Shown here: in pieces, positions 10,634 to 20,250 of the stretch
Position numbering within the stretch: the first letter of the stretch is position 1
Layout: every line of letters starts with the position of its first letter
Origin: Mantamonas sphyraenae STR306
Lineage: Eukaryota; Protista; CRuMs
Length of the DNA: 64,000 nt
NCBI GenBank assembly: GCA_026936335.1
Contig: JAPMXV010000061.1
Span: 186,001-250,000 of the forward strand
Reading direction: 5' to 3'
The notes under the pieces: model-generated
The model's input: only the letters and a program-made list of their open reading frames with translations
Database searches by the model: none
Told to the model about the DNA's origin: nothing
Made by a program: the position numbers and the translations under genes

Positions 10634-11624
10634 TTAGCAGCTGTTGTTGATCCAGCACAGCCAGGAGCAGCCGCCCTGGTCCTTGTTCTCGTCCTGAACC
10701 ATCCATGGCACGGCCTCATTGTGCTTGGAGATCGTGCCCTCTGCGGTCATCCACGTGTCGATGCTCTTGACAGTGGTGCAGCTGTACTCACACTTGGCCA
10801 GCTTCGTCTCGGCAGCCTTGGCAGCCTTCTTCTCCAGAGCCGTCATCGAGTTGGGCTGGTTGCGCGAACGCTCCACCAGAGTCACCAAGGCGTTGAACTG
10901 CATCGAGTTGGGCGTGGGGCACTTGGGGTTGCTTGTCGTCAGCGTCTTGCAGTAGTTGTTGTACGCAGACTGGGACACAAAGTACGAGCTCAGGCCGCGC
11001 TCGTTTTCATCATCATCGCTGTCCTCCATGCCCTCATACCACTGCTGCACATCCTCATCCTCCTCCTCCTCATCCTCAGACGACTCGTCACCGTCGGTTT
11101 CGGCCACCTCGTCGGCTTCCGAGGCCTCGTCGACGTCGTCCGCGTCGAGGTCCTCCTCCGCCTCCAGCTGTGCTTCATCCTCCTCATCTTCATCCTCATC
11201 ATCCTCAGTGTCGTCGCTCTCCACCTCACTCTCAACCTCGCTGTGAGTTGTGCCATGCGTGTCCGAGGTGTCAGCGACGGCGAGAAAAAAAAACACACAC
11301 AGGAGGGGAATTTGCAAGGCGGGAGTGTGTTTCATCGCCCTCGCCTGCTCCCTACACACGCCGTATGCATCATCGAGTTGCACCCACGCATTGTCACCGT
11401 ACATGGCCACTCGATGATGCACACAACACGGGTGTAGGTGGCCTGCGCGGTGGTCAAACTCGCCCTTGGGAGAAAACGTACGCTTCCGCTTCCTCAGCAG
11501 CAGCAGCGGACGAATCCTCGTCCGCAGCCGTTTCGGCAACAGCCTCAACCGCAGGGGCTTCCTCAGCGACTGCAACCGCAGCGCCGGCAATCAACAGCAC
11601 AAGCAGGGCAATGGTGAAACGCAT
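10634..11624 (-). CDS. Secreted acidic/Cys-rich precursor family, copy 5 (intact)
   Basis: Exon 1 is 11624-11482; phase-2 intron 11481-11241 (gtacgt...cacag); YNNYC..NPKCP..FNALVTLV..KLAKCEYSC; ends QDENKDQGGCSWLCWINNSC*. Confidence 0.9.
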
Positions 11625-11732
11625 GGTTGTTCAGTTTTTTTGGTTGAGTGGCGAAGCACAGGTCTTTGCGACTCCACTCTCACACACTCACACACGCTCA
11701 ACTCAGCAAGCAAAGCAAGCAAAGCAAGCGAT

Positions 11733-12791
11733 TTAGCAGCTGTTGTTGATCCAGCACAGCCAGGAGCAGCTGCCCTCGTCCTCGTTCTTCTCCTCCTCCT
11801 GGTCCTGAACACCGCCAAAGCCGCCCCAGTCGCCGCCAGGTTGGTTGTTGTTGTTGTTGTTGCTGCTCTGGCCTGTGGTGAACACATCCATACCGTTGCG
11901 ACCAGAGATGATGTCGTAGGCATCGCTGATCAGCCTGCAGCTGTACTTGCACCTGCGCAACTTGCGCTCGGCAGCACGAGCAGCCGTACGCTCCACAGCG
12001 GTCATGCTACGCGGCTTGGTGTGCAGACGCTTCACCAGACGCACGAGCGAGTTGAACGCCCACGAGTTGGGTGTGGGGCACCTCGGGTTGGATGACACCA
12101 ACGACTGGCAGAACTGATTGTACTGCGCGTCTGTGGTAGCAAAGATGTTGAACTTCTCGCCCTCCTCCTCCTTCTCAGACACCTCCTCTTCGGCCTCCGA
12201 GTTCCACTCAGCATCGTCATCCTCCTCACTCTCGTCATCATCCTCCTCCTCCTCCTCCTCCTTCTCCTCCTCCGAGTTGTCACCTTCGGCGGCCTCCTCA
12301 GACGACGAATCCTCCTCCTCCTCCTCAGATCCTCATCCGTAAACTCGTCCTCCACATCGCTGTCAAACGCACATATTCGCCCACGGCACGTGTGTCGTGT
12401 GCGTCGTCAGAGTCAGTCTCGCTGCGCCTGTGACAAAGCAAGAAAAAACGGCGCCGTTTGCAAAAGAGGGAAATTCTGGATTTTGTGTGCCAGGTTTGCG
12501 TCCGGCCACGTTTGCCGTCGCCCACGTGACACCTGCGGGTCTGTGTCACATGCGCAGCACATCATCGGCTGGACGCTATCGATGCCCAGACGGTTGGGTG
12601 GGCGGGAAACGCAGGCAATGGGGAATGGTCACGTACAGGGCGTCGTCTTCGTCTGCGCTGTCCTCAGCAGCGGGCGCTTCTGCGTCCGCGGCCTTCTCCA
12701 CCGTCTCCGTCTCGGCAGCCGCAGGGGTCTCCTCCACGGCCAGCACAGCACCGGTCAACAGCAACACAAGCAAGGCAATTGTCACACGCAT
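11733..12791 (-). CDS. Secreted acidic/Cys-rich precursor family, copy 6; apparent 1-nt deletion near 12330
   Basis: Exon 1 is 12791-12637; phase-2 intron 12636-12360; YNQFC..NPRCP..FNSLVRLV..KLRRCKYSC; ends EEKNEDEGSCSWLCWINNSC*. Confidence 0.82.
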
Positions 12792-12886
12792 GTTGTGTAG
12801 TCAGGGGTTTTGTTTGTCGGCCCAGACGCAACGCGATTTGCCACTGATGACCGACCATCCATCCCATCCATCAGCTCCCACCCCAC

Positions 12887-15304
12887 TCACAGGTTACGTT
12901 GCAGCCAGTCCAGCACACGCGTCTCATACTGCAGGGCATTGGCAATCTGGCGAGTGCCGTGCCGTTCGCTGGGAAACAACAAGAGATCGTAGGGTTTGCC
13001 CTTGGCGTTGAGCACCTCCAACAGCTCCGCCGTGTGTTGAAAGTGCACGTTTTCGTCAATCAGTCCATGCACAATCATCAGGCGGCCACTCTCCTCGGGG
13101 AAGCCGTCCGCGTACGACAACACGCTCCCGGCCTCGTATGCCTCCGGTGCATCCTGTGGCGTGTCCATGTACCGTTCCGTGTAGCCTGTGTCATACAACT
13201 CCCACCGTGTCACCGGCGCACCCGACACCGCCGCCCGGAAAAAGTCGGCGTGCTGACACATGGCCATCAGGGACATGTACCCACCGTAGCTCCAGCCGTT
13301 GACGGCAATGCGTTCAGGGTCGACAAAGCCACGCGTGGCCATGAGGTGTTTGAGGCCCGTGATTTGGTCGTGCAGTTCAAAGGTGCCCATGGCTGTGCGA
13401 AGGTGGCCCTCAAAGGCCAAGCCACGGTTGTTGCTACCACGGCCGTCGATGCACACCACAGCGTAGCCCAGGTGAGCCATGGCCTGGAAGCGCATGAGAC
13501 GAGGCCACATGAACGTGTCTCGCACGAGTTGCACGTGGGGTCCGCCATAAATGTACAGCAGTGTGGGCAGGGCCGCCGCCCCGTCATCCACAACGTCCTC
13601 CTTGCCTCCAGGCAGCAGGTACCAGCCGTGGCACGTGTCGCCGTTCTCGTTGACAAAGTCAAACAGGTGCGGGGTGTGCACGTCAAAGGATTGGGGCCTG
13701 GTGAGTTGCACCTGATCCTGCAGCGTCCACAACGGGGTGGCAGCCGACGAGGCATCCTCCGCAGAGGGAAGTTGCATGAGAGCACACACAGGCGTGTCGG
13801 CCAAGGTGGAGTACACTGTGGCAAACAGGGTGGCGTCGTCCGGGTTGTTGAACACCACCCCACCGTGATCGTAGGCCGCATTGGTCAACAGCTGCACCGT
13901 TTGCGAGCCATCCAAGGGACTGCGGTACACATTGTTGCGCAACACAGAGTCTCGCGTGGCCGAATACACCACCGCCGTCCCTGCGTCACACAGGGCCACG
14001 GGTGCATCGTTCACCTGCCACTCACCACTCGTCACCTGCACCGGCTCTCCCTTGACCACGGAGTCGCCTCCGCTGGCATCCAGATCCAACTCTTGCACAT
14101 ACAGGTGACGGAATCCCGTGCGTTCGCTGGCAAACAACAGTCGCGGCGTGTCTCCCGGAATGAAGCGCAGCAAGTCGGTGACGTTGTACCACAGCTCCGT
14201 GTTTTCCTCCAACACCGTGCGTGGGTTCACCAACGCCCCTCCCTTCACATCCACATCCCACACCACAACCTCCATGTGTTGTTGCTTGCGGTCCAGAAGC
14301 TGTGCCCACACACGTGTGCCGTCGGGGGTCCAGCCAAGACGAGGAATGTACTCCACCCACCCGTGCGTCTCCTCCAACGGCTTCTCCGTGGCCAGGTGAC
14401 ACACAGACGATGCCAATGCGTCGAAACAGGCCACATGCAACGAGGACACGGCGTTGGGTTCCCCTGCCTGCGGGTACCGGAACACATCGGCATTCCCCGT
14501 GTGGCCCACTTCCGGGATCGCATACTTGGGCACCGCTGTTTCGTCTACACGCACATACAGCATGCGATACGCTGTGCTGCTTGCATCCTCATCGCCATCC
14601 TCATTGCCCCCGTTGCTTCCGTGCACCACAGGGCACCAGTAGTAGCCTGTGAAGCGGTCAAACTCCTCCTGGATGATAAACTCGGCCACGCCTGCCGTGA
14701 TTCCCTGCGACGCATCCTCCTGGGTCAATGCACTCGTGACACCGTTGTGCTCCACACACACGTTGCCATCCACAATGTAGGACAGAAAGTGCAGGTCGGG
14801 GCTTGCGTTCAGATCCAGGCGGGTGCGTGCCTCTGCTCCCAAGGCCGCAAAGGACAACGGTCCAACGCCATCATGCTCCGCCACACTGGCACTGTACACC
14901 GACGAAGAGTGGCTCAGCACCATTTGGTCTCCTTGCATGAAGAAGCCTGTCACGCCTGTGTTGGACACCGACGCACCACGCATCCGTTCCCTCATCAGGA
15001 TCTCCTCCTTGCTCAGAGCAATCTCCCGGCCCTCGTTGCCTGCCTCGTTCTGCACCGATGCAAACTCAAACCACGGTGCCACTTGTGCGGTGTCGTCTGC
15101 AGACGAGGTGGAGGCGGACGAGGAGGAGGGCGTCGTTGCACAAAACGCGGAACGCTCACCCTTTGCAGGACGGCCCATGAAGTACACAATGGGCTTGCTG
15201 GGATGGATGTGCAGGCTGGATGGGATGCCTGCCACCCCGCGGGATGAAAGCATCTCTGCGAGCAGTGCCTTGGTGTTGGTCTTGGATGATGATGAGCTCG
15301 ACAT
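12887..15304 (-). CDS. DPP9: Dipeptidyl peptidase 8/9-like (S9B), no signal peptide or TM anchor
   Basis: QEEFDRFTGYYW, YGGPHVQLV, GWSYGGY (Ser), YDTGYTERYM, HGLIDENVHF (Asp), ERHG (His). Confidence 0.9.
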   Translation of the reverse strand: MSSSSSSKTNTKALLAEMLSSRGVAGIPSSLHIHPSKPIVYFMGRPAKGERSAFCATTPSSSSASTSSADDTAQVAPWFEFASVQNEAGNEGREIALSKEEILMRERMRGASVSNTGVTGFFMQGDQMVLSHSSSVYSASVAEHDGVGPLSFAALGAEARTRLDLNASPDLHFLSYIVDGNVCVEHNGVTSALTQEDASQGITAGVAEFIIQEEFDRFTGYYWCPVVHGSNGGNEDGDEDASSTAYRMLYVRVDETAVPKYAIPEVGHTGNADVFRYPQAGEPNAVSSLHVACFDALASSVCHLATEKPLEETHGWVEYIPRLGWTPDGTRVWAQLLDRKQQHMEVVVWDVDVKGGALVNPRTVLEENTELWYNVTDLLRFIPGDTPRLLFASERTGFRHLYVQELDLDASGGDSVVKGEPVQVTSGEWQVNDAPVALCDAGTAVVYSATRDSVLRNNVYRSPLDGSQTVQLLTNAAYDHGGVVFNNPDDATLFATVYSTLADTPVCALMQLPSAEDASSAATPLWTLQDQVQLTRPQSFDVHTPHLFDFVNENGDTCHGWYLLPGGKEDVVDDGAAALPTLLYIYGGPHVQLVRDTFMWPRLMRFQAMAHLGYAVVCIDGRGSNNRGLAFEGHLRTAMGTFELHDQITGLKHLMATRGFVDPERIAVNGWSYGGYMSLMAMCQHADFFRAAVSGAPVTRWELYDTGYTERYMDTPQDAPEAYEAGSVLSYADGFPEESGRLMIVHGLIDENVHFQHTAELLEVLNAKGKPYDLLLFPSERHGTRQIANALQYETRVLDWLQRNL

Positions 15305-15497
15305 TGGAATGGGGGTTCAGCTCGGAAGAATTTTGGTGAGACGAGACGGCGCCTCTTCTCACAAGTCAACTCTTGCTCCGTTTTGTGTGCATCGCAAGCC
15401 TCAGCATTCAACTGAGAACGCTGAAGAATCCACTTTCCACATACCAACCACCACCACCACCCTCCCAAGCTGGACCTCTGACCGCAAAACACAGACA

Positions 15498-17003
15498 ATG
15501 TCGCGTTCGATTTCCCGGACGACGAGTCGCAGCACACGCTCCAAAAACAACATCGGCACCTCCAACCGCCGCTTCTCGGTGGCCATGGATCTGACGTCGC
15601 TCAACCAGGTGTTTGGCTTTGACAAGAAGATCTGGTTTGAGTATGCGGGTGTGGTGATGACATGTGTGGCGTTGAACATTGGGTTTGGCGGCCTGTTGTC
15701 CCTGCTCAACTACGAAGCAGACCCGTACCGGTACTTTATGCCGCTGGGCCTACACGAGGACGACTTTCCAATCACCTTTTTCACCTTTGTATCCACCCTG
15801 GGCTACTTTGTCTACAACGCCATCCTCTTCTACGCCACGGGAGGCAAAGAGGGTTTGCGCTGCGTGGTGTACTCCCTCATCACCCCCGTCACCGTGCTCT
15901 TCACCTTTCTGGCCATCATGCACGCCGCCGTGCCGCAAACCTTTGACACCACCACCAACTCTCGCATCTTTAGCACGTACATTTCCCTCTCCTTCTTTAT
16001 TTCCGTGATGGTCTTTGCGTACTACTTCATGCCACGCAAGGCTCACAACCGCAGGGTCCTGTGGATGCTCAACATGATCCGCCTCGACACTGTCGACTTT
16101 ATTACCAGCAACGTTCTGGCCTTGGCTGTCATCCAGGGCATCGAGGCGGCTGGAAACGTGCCTCTGCTGCCCGTGGTCATCCAGATCTTGCTCTCGCTCT
16201 TCCGTGTCGGCGTCATGGGCCTCCAACGCACCTTTGTGGGCAACATGATTGTGGGTCTTCGTGATGAGCTCGGCTACGATGCCACTCGCCTGTACCACTT
16301 TACCCTGTACACCGTCATGGCGTACATCACCTTTTTCTCCCGTTTGGCCATCCTCTCCATCCCCTCCGTGGAGAACACGGTGCTCACTGTGCTCGTTGTC
16401 ACAGCCTACCGTTCCATCTCGCGAATCTACTCTCGTGACTTTCTGCGCACGGTGCGTGAGAAGCTGGGCGTCACGGACGACCTCTCCGAAAGCGTGCGTG
16501 ACGAACTGTACGAGGATGTGCTCAAGGCAGACACTCTGCTGTCGTACACAAGCACCATTGCCGTGGCCATCACCGCCATCTTTTTCGTGCGCTGGTGCCC
16601 CTCCTGGAATCTGGCCCAGATTTGCAGTGTCAACAACCCCACCGTTGTGCTCGTCGCCAACATGTTCATCCAGCTCGCCGGTGAAATGATTGTCGACGCC
16701 GTGGCCTTCCGATTTGCCACTGCAAACATTTCCCTCTTCAACTCCTTTGAGAAGGAAAAGGTGTTGTTTGCCGTGGCCTTGACCATCATCTCGGCCATCA
16801 ATCTCATGCTCGTGCCTCTGGTGGGCCAAAGCACCATCCGCCCGCCCTCGGGCGAGCTCATTGCCAACATCCTGCCCGCCGTGGGAGTCGTTGTCCGAAT
16901 CGTCCTGCTCATCACTCTGGAGATCAAGAACAGGTGGTTCAGCTCCCGTGCCGACGCCAACAATGACATGGAGGCTACCGTGAGCCGTGGAGGCCACCGA
17001 TGA
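15498..17003 (+). CDS. Uncharacterised polytopic membrane protein (roughly 10-12 TM helices)
   Basis: Intronless ORF with many hydrophobic segments and gene-like codon usage; no family recognised. Confidence 0.7.
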   Translation: MSRSISRTTSRSTRSKNNIGTSNRRFSVAMDLTSLNQVFGFDKKIWFEYAGVVMTCVALNIGFGGLLSLLNYEADPYRYFMPLGLHEDDFPITFFTFVSTLGYFVYNAILFYATGGKEGLRCVVYSLITPVTVLFTFLAIMHAAVPQTFDTTTNSRIFSTYISLSFFISVMVFAYYFMPRKAHNRRVLWMLNMIRLDTVDFITSNVLALAVIQGIEAAGNVPLLPVVIQILLSLFRVGVMGLQRTFVGNMIVGLRDELGYDATRLYHFTLYTVMAYITFFSRLAILSIPSVENTVLTVLVVTAYRSISRIYSRDFLRTVREKLGVTDDLSESVRDELYEDVLKADTLLSYTSTIAVAITAIFFVRWCPSWNLAQICSVNNPTVVLVANMFIQLAGEMIVDAVAFRFATANISLFNSFEKEKVLFAVALTIISAINLMLVPLVGQSTIRPPSGELIANILPAVGVVVRIVLLITLEIKNRWFSSRADANNDMEATVSRGGHR

Positions 17004-17078
17004 ACACAAAAACGAAGAGGCAGAAAGATTGTGGGATTGTGGGGGGAAGGAAAAGGGATGGAGGCACATTCCAACAAT

Positions 17079-18981
17079 TCATTCCAACAAACTGCTCTCG
17101 ACAAAGTTGGGCTTCTCGCTCTTGCCAATGGTGTACACACAGAAGCCGATGTCCTGGAGGGCCTTGCCATCGAGGATGCCACGGCCATCAAAGACAAAGG
17201 CAGGCTTCATCATGCTGTCGTACATCTTGGCATAGTCGAGTTCCTTAAACTCGTCCCACTCGGTGAGGACCACGAGGGCATGCGAATCCTTGGCAGCCTC
17301 GTAGGGGTCGTCCACCGTGGTGACAAAGTCCTCGGGGTCAGCCGATCCCTGCAGGACGCCGTTGAGATCGTTCATCATCTGATCACGCGCCACCTTGGGG
17401 TCGTACACCTTGAGGGAGGCACGCTCCTCAATGAGGTCTGCACACACGTAGATGGCGGCACTCTCGCGGGTGTCGCCGGTGTCCTTCTTAAAGGCAAAGC
17501 CGAGGACGGTGATGCTCTTGTTGCGCACCGAGTTGAACATGGAGCGGACAATCTTGCGAGTGAAGCGCTTCTTCTGGTAATCGTTCATGGTGACGACCTG
17601 GTCCCAGTACGCAGCCACCTCCTCCAGGCCAAACGTCTCACACAGGTACACCAGGTTCTTGATGTCCTTCTGGAAGCACGAGCCGCCAAAGCCCACCGAG
17701 GCACGCAGGAACTTGTTGCTGATGCGCGAGTCACGCCCAATGGCATTGGCCACTTCGTACACATCGGCCCCGGAAGCCTCACACACGGCGCTGATGCTGT
17801 TGATGGAGGAGATGCGCTGTGCCAGAAAGGCGTTGGCCACCAGCTTGGACAACTCCGACGACCAACGGTTGGTGGTGATGATGTTGTCCGGGTTGACCCA
17901 CTGTGCGTACACGTCGACCACCTTTTGCATGGCCGCACGCGCCTCCTCCGTGTTGTCCTGGCCACCAATCAGAATGCGGTCCGGGTTCTCCAGATCCGTC
18001 ATGGCCGTACCCTCGGCCAGGAATTCCGGGTTGGACAGCACATGCCATTCACAAGACGTGTTGTTTGTCTTGAGGATGGTCTCGATGGAGTCCGAGGCAC
18101 GCACGGGCACCGTCGACTTTTCCACAATCACATACGAGCCCTCCTTGCATGCCTGGAGGGGAACAGAGAGAGACAGGGGGGGAAAGGGTGGAGGGGGAGG
18201 CAAGGGAAGCAGGCAGGGGTGTGAGTTTCGTGTGTGTGTAGGAAGTGCGTGCGGGGAAAGGGAATGTGGTTGCCGGATTTCAGGGTTGCGGATCCCCGAC
18301 CGCGTAGCTTGGCGCATGCTCTGCGGGCGCCTAGAAGCCACGGGCGCGGGTGGAATGGCATGGGCTGGCAAGAGATGGTTGCAATCGATGTGCACCATCA
18401 TCTACTGCGTATGCACAATGCCGAAACATGGGTCGTGTGTGTGTGGAGAGGGGAGAAAACGTAGGGAGGCGCAGAAACGGCGGGGAATGCACACCACGTA
18501 CAGCAGCAATGCTACGTGCGGCGCTCTCGACGTAAGTGAGGTCAGCAGCCTTGCCTGTTGGGGAAGGAGAAAGCAAGAAAGAATGAAGGTGTGAGCGAGG
18601 GGCGTGTGTGTGTGAGCGCGTGTGGGTCTGCAAGGTGGGCAGCGGTTTCCAGAGAGGGCAAAACGCACCCTTGCCGACGCCCGAGCTCTTTGTGGGGGTG
18701 CCGACGGCGATGAAGATGACATCGGCGTCCTGCATGACAGACGTGTCTGTGGTGAAGAAGAGGTTCTTGTTGCGCACGCTCATGACAATATCCTCGAGGC
18801 CGGGCTCAAAGATGGGCAACTTGTCGGAGTTCCAAGCGTCGATGCGCGCCTGCCACACGTCGACAATGGTCACGGTGATGTCCGGGCACTTTTCGGCAAT
18901 CTTGGCCATGGTGGGACCACCCACGTAGCCTGCACCGATGCACACAATGTTCTTGACTGGAGCCGAGCTGCTGCTGCTCAT
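17079..18981 (-). CDS. UGDH: UDP-glucose 6-dehydrogenase
   Basis: Exons 18981-18669, 18554-18502 and 18152-17079. [47 protein letters not shown]. Confidence 0.97.
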
Positions 18982-19056
18982 GGGGGGAGAGAAGTCGAAA
19001 AGGGGGATGGCTGCGCCGTCGCATGCAACCGCACCCACCGTTCAACACAACCATTC

Positions 19057-19561
19057 ATGAGTGCCACACAGGATGATGAGATGGAGGTGGTGACAAAGAT
19101 GGGCCAAAAGGTGCAACGTTGGCAAGTGAGCGGCAGCGCGACGGTGGGGGAGATCAAAGACAAAGTGGCCTCTGGCAAACAGCATGTGCAGGCCGTCGTG
19201 GCAGGTTCACCCCTTGCAGACTGTGTTCCCGTGGCCAGTGTGCCACAGACCACAGTGGAGGAGCCCATGCGAGTGACCGTGCTCAGCAACGGGGCCACGG
19301 AAGTCACGGTGGTGTTGCCCGATTCCGCTTCCGTACACACAGACACTGCCCTTGTACACGGGCTGTCTGTCCGCACAAACCTTTCAAGAGATGTTTCCCC
19401 ATCTGGATTGGTCGTCCTTGCAGCTGGTGGTTGCTGGCAAGGTGCTTGCTGCAAGCAACGACGACAACGACCACGACGGCAGTCTCTCCCTCGCCGACGC
19501 TGGCATTGCACCGGGCTCACTCGACGGCACCATTGAGATCCAAGAGACTGAACAGGGATGA
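19057..19561 (+). CDS. Probable tandem ubiquitin-like domain protein, frameshift near 19375
   Basis: ATVGEIKDKVA...VVAGSPLAD in one frame, then LQLVVAGKVL...SLADAGI in the next frame. Divergent from UGDH across 75 nt. Confidence 0.55.
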
Positions 19562-19634
19562 CGTTGCAGAGGAGGGCATTGGACACAACAGGGCGGCCCC
19601 GGGGAAGGGGATTCACAGAAATGGCAAGCCCTGT

Positions 19635-20186
19635 TCATTGGCATTCGGCCGGAGGTGTGAAATCCGAGTCGGGAGGCTGTTGCATGTCGACGTGGGAAAA
19701 CTCTTTCTGAAGGTACGGAGTGAACAGGAGCACAGGGGTGTCTGCACCCTGCACAAAGCCGTAGGTCCAGTCGTTGGAGGCTGTGGTGAACACATCCACC
19801 GTCTGTCCATTGACCTGTGTGGTGTGGTTGTACGTAGATGTGGGCAGGTCGTGGTAAAAGTCCTTTGCAGAGCCGTTGACTTCGATCTTGGTGCACTTGG
19901 AGCCCGCGGAAAAGTACGACAGGTTTTTGGCCCACAAATAGAGAGTGTCCACTTGGATGCCGTCCGTGAGCAAGTATGTGAGACGACTACGATCTGTGAT
20001 GGTATCCATGGCCCAGTGGCCCTTTGCATTTCCCTTGGGGTTGAGGAGGACAACGTCGGAACTGAAATGCTTCGGCGCTGGCGGCGGCGTCGGTGTGGGG
20101 ACCGCTGCGAGGGCCCATGTGGAACTTTGGAGAGAAAGGAGGATGAGGAGGAGGAAGAGGAGGAGATTGGTGGATGATGCAAACAT
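19635..20186 (-). CDS. Secreted/lysosomal ependymin-related (EPDR, LolA-fold)-like protein
   Basis: Signal peptide, Pro linker, beta-rich body with one central Cys, VNGQTVDVF, and terminal PDSDFTPPAEC typical of ependymin-like proteins. Confidence 0.6.
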   Translation of the reverse strand: MFASSTNLLLFLLLILLSLQSSTWALAAVPTPTPPPAPKHFSSDVVLLNPKGNAKGHWAMDTITDRSRLTYLLTDGIQVDTLYLWAKNLSYFSAGSKCTKIEVNGSAKDFYHDLPTSTYNHTTQVNGQTVDVFTTASNDWTYGFVQGADTPVLLFTPYLQKEFSHVDMQQPPDSDFTPPAECQ

Positions 20187-20250
20187 TCCGATGGAGGTGG
20201 ATTGGGTTGCGTTGCGTTGCGTTGCGTTGGTTTCTCGGGGCATTTCAGCT

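Noticed and set aside
1830-12340. Programmed frameshifting or pseudogenisation in precursor copies 1, 4 and 6
   Set aside because: Similar single-base indels break unrelated genes (ALDH about 52780 in a T run, Ubl about 19375, giant gene about 61836/61900), and no shared slippery motif is present, so assembly error is more likely. Reads are needed to exclude real pseudogenes.
9479-12791. Bacterial lanthipeptide or double-glycine bacteriocin cluster
   Set aside because: The genes have spliceosomal introns and ER-type signal peptides; no LanM/LanBC, radical SAM enzyme or peptidase-ABC transporter is in the window; GG is not invariant.
12899-15247. Long antisense ORFs (e.g. 782 aa opposite the DPP, 684 aa at 60516-62570, 525 aa opposite SGPL1)
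   Set aside because: Shadow ORFs caused by high GC3 codon bias; no recognisable motifs.
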